A DNA stretch of 64,000 nt. It comes from Deltaproteobacteria bacterium. GTDB lineage: Bacteria > Desulfobacterota > Deferrisomatia > Deferrisomatales > BM512. The stretch is taken from assembly GCA_002869015.1 (NCBI GenBank), contig PKTT01000031.1, positions 95-64,094 of the forward strand, in the 5' to 3' direction. The notes below the pieces were generated by a model that ran no database searches, was not told the DNA's origin, and saw only the letters and a list, made by a program, of their open reading frames with translations. Below, piece by piece: positions 47,679 through 55,379 of this stretch (position 1 is the first letter of the stretch; every line of letters starts with the position of its first letter). The translations under genes were made by a program, and so were the position numbers.

Positions 47679-48551
47679 CTACCAGTGCGGCTGGTTTCCG
47701 ATGCGCCACCCCATGACCTCAACCGTGTCTGCGACTACCAGGAAGGCGTTGGGGTCTATGCGCTTGACCAGCTCCTTTAGCCTGACCATCTCTCTGAAAG
47801 TCACCACCGTATAGAGGACCTTGCCCGGCACCCCGGCGTAGCCGCCCGTCGCCTCAAGGACTGTACCCCCCCTGCCTATATCGTTGATGATGAGGTGCCT
47901 TATGGCGTCCCACTCTTTGGAGACTATCGTAATCGCCCTTCTTTTACTTAGGCCCGATACGACAAGGTCGACTACCTTTGTGGTGACGAACATGTGGATG
48001 AGGGTATAAAGCGCCAAATTAAGGTCGACGATGAAGACGCCTGAGAGGAGGGCGAGGATATTAAGGGCGAGCACGGTGCTCCCGATCTTAATTGAAAACT
48101 TCTTCGCAAAGATGATGGAGATTACGTCGGTGCCGCCAGCAGACCCGGCAGATCTAAGCGTTATGCCGGAGCCGAGGCCGAGCAGTATGCCCGCTATGAT
48201 TGCGGCGGGGACCATCTCCGTAACGGGCACCTGGAATTTTATAAAGGAGAGCGCCAGGGAGAAGATGCCCACCCCCATTAAGCTGTAGAAGAAGAAACGC
48301 CTGCCTACGAAGAACCAACCGGCGATGAATACGGGGATGTTCAGGATTGCATATGCGAGCCCGACATTAATCTCGGGGAATACATAATGCAGGTTGAGGC
48401 AAAAGCCGGTTATCCCTCCCGAGAGAAAGTGCATCGGCACTATGACGCCGTTTACGCCGATGGCGGCCACCGTCGCGCCCAGGCACATGAGGAGAAGGGT
48501 TTTGAAGAACTCCCCCACCCGGGGAGATGAAACTTCACTTGCTACATTCAT
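47679..48551 (-). CDS. YitT-family membrane protein (with C-terminal DUF2179)
   Basis: Five or six TM helices with GGTDV, followed by a soluble C-terminal domain (GGTVLEATGGY...VVTFREMVRLKELV). Confidence 0.85.
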   Translation of the reverse strand: MNVASEVSSPRVGEFFKTLLLMCLGATVAAIGVNGVIVPMHFLSGGITGFCLNLHYVFPEINVGLAYAILNIPVFIAGWFFVGRRFFFYSLMGVGIFSLALSFIKFQVPVTEMVPAAIIAGILLGLGSGITLRSAGSAGGTDVISIIFAKKFSIKIGSTVLALNILALLSGVFIVDLNLALYTLIHMFVTTKVVDLVVSGLSKRRAITIVSKEWDAIRHLIINDIGRGGTVLEATGGYAGVPGKVLYTVVTFREMVRLKELVKRIDPNAFLVVADTVEVMGWRIGNQPHW

Positions 48552-48639
48552 TTAAAGCACCTTGAAACTTTAGGCTGAAAAGGCGTGAAGAATCCTCCAA
48601 TAATCCCGGCTACGCAATAAAAAAATGAACGTGTTGCCC

Positions 48640-49152
48640 TTACGCTTCCTTACCGCAGCTCTCTCGGCAAGCGGCGCTCCTTTTGACCATCCATAACCAG
48701 CTTATGCCGATCATGGCCGACGTAACCAGCGCGACCAGCGGCTTTGCGAAGGGCAGGAATTTTGCTCCAAAGAGGGATATCCAAACGGCGAGCATCGGTG
48801 AGCCGCAGCAGCCCACTAAAAAGCAACCCCCAAGGGCCAAAGCTCCCGCGAAGGTCATTGAGCCTGCGGCTATCTTACCCTCCACCCCACTTTCTCTGGC
48901 GCCCCGCCTCGCTTTAATGAAGCTGCTCAAAGCATATAGGGCAAAGGCCGAGGAGAGGGCGTAGGAGTAGCTTAGCCAGTAGCCGCCTGTTTCAAGGTAG
49001 AGCCTGAACCATTCGCCCTCATCGGGGGTTACCGCCGCCCAACGTGATTGCTCGGGAGCAACCTCGGGGAACCACTTGTACCAAAGGACGTTCAGCACAA
49101 ATACTGCCAAAAATCCCATGGTAGGCAAAAACGCGCCCTTTAGCCGATTCAA
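48640..49152 (-). CDS. Hypothetical polytopic membrane protein with an intramembrane CC motif
   Basis: Four predicted helices, GGCFLVGCCGSPML within a helix, and a C-terminal CRESC. Confidence 0.5.
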   Translation of the reverse strand: MNRLKGAFLPTMGFLAVFVLNVLWYKWFPEVAPEQSRWAAVTPDEGEWFRLYLETGGYWLSYSYALSSAFALYALSSFIKARRGARESGVEGKIAAGSMTFAGALALGGCFLVGCCGSPMLAVWISLFGAKFLPFAKPLVALVTSAMIGISWLWMVKRSAACRESCGKEA

Positions 49153-49171
49153 TTCGATACCCGGCCTTCAA

Positions 49172-49564
49172 TCACTTAAACGTACCCTTATCCGGGGGAG
49201 GCGCTACTTCCTTCACAGCCGAAGCGGTAAAGACGAGGCCTGTCTTGCCCTCCTCGACCACTCCAGTTACATGAACCGTTGAGGCGACCGCAGGCAAAGC
49301 GCCACCCCATATAACGGGCATTGTAAGTTTGGCGCAGTTTACCGACTTACAGGAAGCGAACTCAAAGGAGTCGATTATTCCGAAGCGTCCGCCCTTTGGA
49401 GAGACGACGCTTACCACACCCTCGACAGTAGCGGAGGCACCGGCTTTAGCCCCCTTCATGAACGCATCAAGATGCTCCACCGCCTGCGCGGCAGAAGCAA
49501 AAGAGATGAGAATGAATGTGATTAAAATCAGCCGCCCAAGTTTTCCGTAATTTTTCTTCGCCAT
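49172..49564 (-). CDS. Hypothetical exported protein
   Basis: The start is set at the ATG at 49564 (AAGGGGA Shine-Dalgarno). The signal-like N-terminus is MAKKNYGKLGRLILITFILISFASAAQA, and the mature part contains a CKSVNC pair. Confidence 0.5.
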   Translation of the reverse strand: MAKKNYGKLGRLILITFILISFASAAQAVEHLDAFMKGAKAGASATVEGVVSVVSPKGGRFGIIDSFEFASCKSVNCAKLTMPVIWGGALPAVASTVHVTGVVEEGKTGLVFTASAVKEVAPPPDKGTFK

Positions 49565-49652
49565 TCCGGTCCCCTTAAAAGCCCCCTTTGACAATCAACG
49601 TTGAATACACCAGAGAATAGACGATTTATCAAATTATTATATACGCTTTGAC

Positions 49653-49686
49653 AAAAAAATAGGGGCGCTGCATACGCAACGCCCCC
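49653..49686 (-). terminator. Rho-independent terminator after the MFS gene
   Basis: The minus strand reads GGGGCG...CGCCCC with an inner TGC/GCA extension, followed by TATTTTTTT. Confidence 0.8.
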
Positions 49687-49721
49687 GGCTCCTCCCTCGG
49701 TATTTGAGGGTAACTGAATCG

Positions 49722-51014
49722 CTAGGCGGCTTCGGCGATCCTCTCCTCTTCGCTGACATCCGTGGCGATGGTCTTCGCCTTCTTGTCGCGGAGGGTGAGG
49801 GTCATGCCGGCTCCGAGGAGGAGCAGCACGCCAGCGGTGATGAATGAAAGGTCGTATGAACCCGTTGAGGCCTGAAGCATCTGGCTTACGCGGCCCCAAA
49901 CGAGCCCGCCGACGCCCCACGCGGAGAAGAGTATGCCGTAATTGGTGCCGAAGTTTCTGAGCCCCCAGAAGTCCTTTGCGAAGGAGGGGAAGAGGGAGAG
50001 GTTGGTGCCGTAGCAAAAACCGATACCCGCGGCGAGGGCGACAAGCATGATGCCGCTCGGATTCTGGGCGCCAACTATCGGTATGGCTGTGAACATAAGG
50101 GTCGCCTGGAAGACCATCATCACGAGGAGGGTCTTGGCGCGGCCAATCTTATCCGAGAGGATTCCCGCGACTATACGTCCGCCGGCGTTGCCCACCGCCA
50201 TCAGCGCCACCGCTACGAACGCAGCCTCGCCGAGGGATTTCTTTGCCATTCCGGCAACCGAGCCGATGACCATCAGGCCCGCGCCGGAGCCTACGAAAAA
50301 GGCTGTCCAGAGGGTGTAGAAGCTTGATGTTTTAAAGAGCTCGGAGGGCTTGAAATCTATCTGTCCGGGGGTCGGCGAGTTGGAGCTTTTGGAGCCCGTG
50401 GTTATCGTCCCCTCGGGGATGAAACCCGCCGGGGGGTTACTGAGCAGCATCGAAAGGCCGCCGACAACAGCGGTGAAGGCGATGCCGAAAAAGAGCATCG
50501 ACTGCTGGATTCCGTAGGCGCCGAGCATGTACTTAGCCAGCGGAGCTATGTAGACGGAGGCCAGCCCGAAGCCGGAGACGACTATGCCCGCGATTAGGCC
50601 CGTTTTCGCCGGGGGAAACCATTTGAGGGCGGGCGGTGTTGCGGCGGAGTAGCCAAAGCCGATTCCCAGACCCGCGAGGACGCCAAAGCCGCCGACCCAG
50701 GCAAGGTAGCTGGTGGTCTGGGAGATTACGAGAAACCCCGCGCCTACGAGGAGGCCGCCTACGAGGGCGGTGAGGCGGGGTCCAAAGCGGTCCTGCACGC
50801 GCCCTGCGATTATCATAGCGAAGGCGAAGACCAGGCAGCAAACCGCGTAGGGGTCATTTATCGAGGAGAGGTCCCAGTTAAAGGAGCCTCCCGCTTCGAT
50901 GGACTCCTTGATTGAGCCCTTGAATATTGACCAGGTGTAAAGGATGCCGAGGGCGAGGTTTATTCCGGTGCCCGCCAGGACGACGCTCCAGCCTTTGTTG
51001 GTTTTGCTGCTCAT
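49722..51014 (-). CDS. MFS transporter, oxalate/formate antiporter (OFA)-like core
   Basis: MSSKTNKGWSVVLAGTGINLALGILYTWSIF... with 12 TM helices. A strong internal RBS (AAGGAG-N7-ATG) sits at 51014. The open frame continues upstream with no stop (see next feature). Confidence 0.85.
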   Translation of the reverse strand: MSSKTNKGWSVVLAGTGINLALGILYTWSIFKGSIKESIEAGGSFNWDLSSINDPYAVCCLVFAFAMIIAGRVQDRFGPRLTALVGGLLVGAGFLVISQTTSYLAWVGGFGVLAGLGIGFGYSAATPPALKWFPPAKTGLIAGIVVSGFGLASVYIAPLAKYMLGAYGIQQSMLFFGIAFTAVVGGLSMLLSNPPAGFIPEGTITTGSKSSNSPTPGQIDFKPSELFKTSSFYTLWTAFFVGSGAGLMVIGSVAGMAKKSLGEAAFVAVALMAVGNAGGRIVAGILSDKIGRAKTLLVMMVFQATLMFTAIPIVGAQNPSGIMLVALAAGIGFCYGTNLSLFPSFAKDFWGLRNFGTNYGILFSAWGVGGLVWGRVSQMLQASTGSYDLSFITAGVLLLLGAGMTLTLRDKKAKTIATDVSEEERIAEAA

Positions 51015-51575
51015 CGTTTCGCTCCTTGAATAAAAGTAAGTATTTGAATCGCTCGAATCGTTTTTTTGCTCCAGGGCAACTAGGGCTGCGCTCTCAGGCT
51101 CAACACCCTCGCCAAGGCCGTCAAAGAGATTCTCGACGGTCTCTTTTAGCCTTTTTGATTCCTCACAGATAACGTTGACGAACTTTGCGCGGGTTTCGGC
51201 GTCGCGGTCGGGGTTCTCCCTCAGTATCTCCGCGGAGGAGAGTATCGCCGCAAGCGGAGTTCTTAGCTCGTGCTGAAGAACTCCTCTAGCGACCTCGCAG
51301 GTCGAGGCCGACTCGATGGATGGACGGGGATTGAACCGCTCGACTCTACCCTCACGTGTGCCGCTTGCCATGCCGCTCCAACGCTCAGCGAGCATCTTGT
51401 AGCGTGAGCACCGCGAAAAGTTGCCGTCGCAGTAGCGCACCATGATATTCACATCGCTGGGGGATGGATTTGGACCTCCCACCTCACACCAATCCTCTCT
51501 GCCGAAAAAACGGCAGACGGCGTCGCTTGCTTCTCGCTCTTTAATTCTCTCGCCGTAGGTTGTGTGAGCTGGCAT
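51015..51575 (-). CDS. 4-Cys module plus a HisKA/DHp H-box module, in frame with the downstream MFS gene and not separated from it by a stop
   Basis: An AGGAGA Shine-Dalgarno precedes the ATG at 51575. The sequence reads CRFFGREDWC...VRYCDGNFSRCSRY, then LQHELRTPLAAILSSAEIL...EESKRLKETVENL (a classical H-box and second DHp helix). There is no HATPase_c domain. The track shows one continuous 617-aa ORF. Confidence 0.6.
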
Positions 51576-51610
51576 CCCTTATCTCCTGGAATCTATTTGG
51601 AGGATTTTTA

Positions 51611-51627
51611 CTTCAAGGGTCGTGCCA
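51611..51627 (-). promoter_or_regulatory. Candidate sigma54 (-24/-12) promoter
   Basis: The minus strand reads TGGCACG-ACCC-TTGAA against the consensus TGGCACG-N4-TTGCW (one mismatch, at the -12 C). It lies about 35 nt upstream of the ATG at 51575, next to a sigma54 activator gene. Confidence 0.5.
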
Positions 51628-51715
51628 AACAGTGTTTATTTTTTTGATAGATGATTTTTATTTGTAATTACAGCTAGTTACATGGCACTTAAAACATTGG
51701 AGTAGATTTTTGGAT

Positions 51716-51731
51716 TTCGCATTAATGCAAA
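51716..51731. promoter_or_regulatory. Inverted repeat TTCGCA-TTAA-TGCAAA (candidate enhancer/UAS site 1)
   Basis: Read directly. It lies about 90-100 bp upstream of the candidate -24/-12 promoter. Confidence 0.45.
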
Positions 51732-51841
51732 AATAACGGCGGTATATATAGAGACGGGAGTGGTGTTGCTGGTTAAATAGTCAGTTATTACGGTAGATTA
51801 GGGTTTAATTTCGCAAATCGGCAAGCACAAAAAGAGCACTA

Positions 51842-51857
51842 TTCGCAATAATGCGAA
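51842..51857. promoter_or_regulatory. Inverted repeat TTCGCA-ATAA-TGCGAA (candidate UAS site 2)
   Basis: Read directly. It has perfect half-sites and lies just downstream of the response-regulator stop. Confidence 0.45.
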
Positions 51858-51862
51858 AAATA

Positions 51863-53218
51863 TCAACGTTTGAGACCGTGCTTCTTCATCTTTCGATAGA
51901 ATGTAGCCAGATTAACATCGGCGCGCTTTGCGGCATCCTCCACCGAGCCTCCGGCCTCGGAGAGGAGCCTCGAAAAGTACTCACGCTCAAACCCCGCCAG
52001 GGCTGTGGCGTAATCTTTAAGCGATGAGCCGGCGCCACCCTCCTTCGGCAAAGGCATTACCTGCGCGAGCGACTCAATAGTGAGATATTCTCCCTGTTCA
52101 AGGGCCATGGAGCCCTCTATGACATTCTTAAGTTGCCTGACGTTACCGGGCCATGGATAGGAGAGGAGCGCCTCCTTGGCCTTAGCCGTGAAGCCTTTGA
52201 GCAGCGTTCCGAAGCGTAGGTTGTCCTCGCGCATGAAATGCGCGGCAAGTAGCATTATGTCCTCAACCCGCTCCCTAAGTGGGGGCATAAGGAGCGTTAC
52301 GACTGCAAGCCTGTAATAGAGGTCCTCTCTAAAGCTCCCCTTCTTGACGGCCTCCTCAAGGTCGACGTTTGTCGCCGCGACAACGCGCACGTCCACTTTG
52401 GTTGGGGTGTCATCCCCTACCTTGTAAAACTCCCGCTCCTGAAGGAACCTCAAGAGCACCCGCTGGACGTTCTCTGGAAGGTTCCCCACCTCGTCGAGAA
52501 AGAGGGTGCCTCCCTCCGCCGTTAGGATGAGCCCGGCCCGCTCCTCATCCGCGCCCGTGAAGGCGCCCTTTCTCGATCCGAAAAGCTCTGCTTCAAGGAG
52601 CGATGAGGGCAGAGCCCCGCAGTTTATAGCGACGAAGGGGCCATCCCTCCTCGCGGAGCGCTTGTGAATTGCGCGGGCGACCAGCTCTTTCCCGGTGCCC
52701 GATTCGCCATTTATAAGAACGGGGATATCGCGCTCGGCAACCCGCTCCGCCCGCTCAAGCACCTTCAGAAGGCCGGGGGCTTCACCGATAATCTCGCTTC
52801 TACCCTCAAGCTTCTCCCTCAGCTCACGGTTCTCGGCGATGAGTGAATTTCTCGCCAGGGCATTCCTGATGCGGTGGAGAAGCTCCTCAGGCTCAAAGGG
52901 CTTGGTCAGCATATCGTATGCGCCCTTACGGAGGGCGTCTATCGAGGTCTCAAGTGTCGCGTAGGCTGTGGCGACTATAACAGGCGGCGCGGGCTCCTGC
53001 CCCCTCACCCTGGCGAGCACCTCAAGGCCGCTCATCACAGGCATCCTCACATCGGTTATAACGAGGTCGTAGTCACCCGGCTTGTAGGCGGACAGCGCTT
53101 CATCGGCGCGGATGTTTACCGTGACGTCGTACCCCTCATCCGAGAGGACAGCGTCGACCATCCGGCACATCCCCTCCTCGTCATCGATAAAAAGTATCCT
53201 CGGCCGCGCCTCCATCAA
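51863..53218 (-). CDS. Sigma54-dependent response regulator (NtrC family: REC + AAA+ + Fis-type HTH)
   Basis: REC (ILFIDDEE...LVITDVRMP), Walker A GESGTGKE, the GAFTGA loop and a C-terminal HTH. Confidence 0.92.
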   Translation of the reverse strand: MMEARPRILFIDDEEGMCRMVDAVLSDEGYDVTVNIRADEALSAYKPGDYDLVITDVRMPVMSGLEVLARVRGQEPAPPVIVATAYATLETSIDALRKGAYDMLTKPFEPEELLHRIRNALARNSLIAENRELREKLEGRSEIIGEAPGLLKVLERAERVAERDIPVLINGESGTGKELVARAIHKRSARRDGPFVAINCGALPSSLLEAELFGSRKGAFTGADEERAGLILTAEGGTLFLDEVGNLPENVQRVLLRFLQEREFYKVGDDTPTKVDVRVVAATNVDLEEAVKKGSFREDLYYRLAVVTLLMPPLRERVEDIMLLAAHFMREDNLRFGTLLKGFTAKAKEALLSYPWPGNVRQLKNVIEGSMALEQGEYLTIESLAQVMPLPKEGGAGSSLKDYATALAGFEREYFSRLLSEAGGSVEDAAKRADVNLATFYRKMKKHGLKR

Positions 53219-53631
53219 AACTCCTCGTGGTTCACAGGCAGGGTAACGGTGACGACGGTCCCCTTGCCCGGCTCTGATTCGACGCGTATCTCGCCGCTGT
53301 GACGCTCTATTATCTGCTTTGTTATTGAAAGCCCAAGTCCCGTGCCGCGCTGGCGCGTAGTGAAGAAGGGCTCGAAAATCTGTCTCGCCACCTCTGCATC
53401 CATACCGACGCCGTTGTCCTCGAAGATTATCTCGACATTATCCTCCCCTGACATCCGCGCTGAGACGGTGAGAATCCCCCCTCCCTCCATGGCGGCCCCT
53501 GCGTTGAGGATTATATTTATCGCCATCTGCTTAATAAGGTCTGAATCCAGCGCCACCAGAGGTAGCCCACGTTCAATGTTACGCACAACGCGAACCCCCT
53601 CCATATCCGTATGGGCGCTAGCGAAATCCAC
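53215..53631 (-). CDS. HATPase_c (CA) domain fragment of the upstream histidine kinase, cut off by an in-frame TAG
   Basis: N-box (NIILNAGAAM), G1 (DNGVGM), F-box (FEPFFTT) and G2 (GTGLGLS). It begins 9 nt after the TAG at 53640..53638 in the same frame, and its only start option is a GTG without an obvious Shine-Dalgarno. Confidence 0.6.
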   Translation of the reverse strand: MDFASAHTDMEGVRVVRNIERGLPLVALDSDLIKQMAINIILNAGAAMEGGGILTVSARMSGEDNVEIIFEDNGVGMDAEVARQIFEPFFTTRQRGTGLGLSITKQIIERHSGEIRVESEPGKGTVVTVTLPVNHEEF

Positions 53632-53637
53632 TATCTG

Positions 53638-55197
53638 CTACAGCAGCCCTGAGGTATCGACCTTCTCGTAGGCTGGGCGGGGCGCGCGCGCGTAGCTGAG
53701 GAGGTCCTGCACGATCTTTTTAGAGCGCTTGGTCTCCCGTTTTATCTCCTGAACATAGCGCAGGTTGACATCATCGGGCGGGAGCTTTCGCTCCAGGTAA
53801 CCCGCGTAGCCGAGGATTACTCCGAGGGGGTTGTTAATCTCATGGGCCACACCTGCGGAAAGGACGCCCAGGGAGGCCATCTTGCCCTGCTGCGCCAGCT
53901 TGGACTCCATCTCCCGGTTCTGGCGTATAGCCTCGGTCATGTCGTTATAGGCGCTGGCCAGCTCCGCCAGCTCATCGCCCCCTCCAGCCTCCATCCTGTC
54001 GGTTAGGCTTCCGCCGCGCACCCTTCGAATTACTTCGGTCATTCGGGTAATTGGCCGCGTATATACCTTTGAGAGCAGATATATCAGCGCCAGCGCCACG
54101 AGGAGGACTCCCGCAACCACAAGGCCCATGAAGCCTAGCACCTTCTCCTTTATCAGGTTGGCATCATGGAAAAACTCATTTTCATAGGAGCCCACCGCTA
54201 CCACCCACCCCAATGGCTCAAAAAACTCGTAGCGCACGATCTTCATACGGGGCACCTCGTCGCCTGCGTTCATCCAGGGATACCTTATCCACCCCGAGCG
54301 ATTTTTTAGCATCTCGCGTATGAAGTATCTTCCGTCGCGGTCCTTTTCGTCGAGGAGGTTCTCGCCCTCACGGAATGGATGAATAACGGCGTTTCCACCC
54401 GCGTCAAGGGCGTAGATGTAGCCTGTCTCCCCCACCCGCTTCGCCTCAATGCGTGCCTTGAGCTCCGCGTATGAGCGCTCCTCAAAGGCGGTGTCCTCAT
54501 ATGTTTCGTCCAGATAGCTTGAGCTCGCTATTATCCAACGCCAGGGCTTGAAGTAGCGGTAAGCAACCGCTTTTCTGCGGGGGAACTCATCCCCCAGCGC
54601 CTCGTTGCGCCAGGGGTATTCTGTGTAGAGCACCTCCCCCGTAGCGGCAGCGGGAGCATTATGAGTCATCTCACGTATGAAGTAATGTCCATCCTCATCT
54701 TTGGAATCGATGATGTTCCGCCCCTCCTGCGCTATGTGAACAAGGAGGTCGCCTTCTGGGTTCATTACATAGAAATAGCCTGTTTGACCTACGGCAAAAG
54801 CTCTTAACGCGGCGGCGGTCTCCTTCTTGGCGGTCTCAAGGGAGATGCGCCCCTCGGCAAACTCCTGATCTTTCTCTTCGGCGAGGCGGTAGGCGAGATT
54901 CACCAGGGTGGAAAGGTCGCGGCGCACCGTCTCCTTTTTGTCCTCGCGATAAACATCGAACTGTTGGTAGTGGGAGTTCAGAAGGTCAAGGGTAAAGGCG
55001 GCCATGTGCTCCAGGTCTGCGCGGCTCGCTGCGGTGACCCCTTGAAAGGCGAGGCGTGAGGAGACAGTCCCGACAATACCACCGGTAATGAGCACCGCCC
55101 CCAGAAGGAGGGGCAAGAGCATTAACAGTAGCTGGTTTCTCAGCTTAAATTTGCGCAAAAAATTCATATCAAAGGGTCTCGCCAGGGCTCTGCCCAC
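53638..55197 (-). CDS. Sensor histidine kinase N-terminal part (TM, tandem Cache-like repeats, TM, HAMP, DHp with H-box), ending at an in-frame TAG
   Basis: Two similar periplasmic repeats (GYFYVMNPEGDLLVH...DEDGHYFIREM and GYIYALDAGGNAVIH...DRDGRYFIREM), a HAMP region and the H-box AHEINNPL. The likely true start is the ATG at 55167 (MNFLRKFKL). Confidence 0.75.
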   Translation of the reverse strand: MGRALARPFDMNFLRKFKLRNQLLLMLLPLLLGAVLITGGIVGTVSSRLAFQGVTAASRADLEHMAAFTLDLLNSHYQQFDVYREDKKETVRRDLSTLVNLAYRLAEEKDQEFAEGRISLETAKKETAAALRAFAVGQTGYFYVMNPEGDLLVHIAQEGRNIIDSKDEDGHYFIREMTHNAPAAATGEVLYTEYPWRNEALGDEFPRRKAVAYRYFKPWRWIIASSSYLDETYEDTAFEERSYAELKARIEAKRVGETGYIYALDAGGNAVIHPFREGENLLDEKDRDGRYFIREMLKNRSGWIRYPWMNAGDEVPRMKIVRYEFFEPLGWVVAVGSYENEFFHDANLIKEKVLGFMGLVVAGVLLVALALIYLLSKVYTRPITRMTEVIRRVRGGSLTDRMEAGGGDELAELASAYNDMTEAIRQNREMESKLAQQGKMASLGVLSAGVAHEINNPLGVILGYAGYLERKLPPDDVNLRYVQEIKRETKRSKKIVQDLLSYARAPRPAYEKVDTSGLL

Positions 55198-55267
55198 TCA
55201 AGCAAGGCTCATTTTAAAATAGTGTTTTGCGGGACAAAGGCTACGCCCATCATAAGCCTGGGTCAAG

Positions 55268-55283
55268 TTCGCATTTTTGCGAA
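55268..55283. promoter_or_regulatory. Perfect inverted repeat TTCGCA-TTTT-TGCGAA (site 3) in the divergent intergenic region
   Basis: Read directly. On the kinase-gene strand it abuts a TTGACC hexamer. Confidence 0.45.
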
Positions 55284-55379
55284 TATGATATTTTAAGTTA
55301 AAATAGTCCCCGTATTTGATATCCTTCTTTATGGCAAAGATTTCATTTTCAATTTATTTGTTAATTTTAAGGTTAAACC

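Noticed and set aside
53638-53640. The idea that the in-frame TAG in the kinase reflects genome-wide amber reassignment or pyrrolysine.
   Set aside because: TAG terminates several well-delimited genes in this same window at sensible C-termini: the LysR regulator at 13500..13502, mazG at 14293..14295, the DUF2064 fusion at 17463..17465, the ABC-F gene at 25439..25441 and nqrE/rnfA at 29207..29209. No pyl genes or methylamine methyltransferases are visible. Local nonsense or read-through remains possible, but a code change is not supported.
55330-55350. TGGCAAAGATTTCAT upstream of the exported-protein gene, considered as a second sigma54 promoter.
   Set aside because: The -24 GG is present, but no GC (or TTGC) lies at the required 10-nt spacing. 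The -12 region reads TCAT, which is too weak to call.
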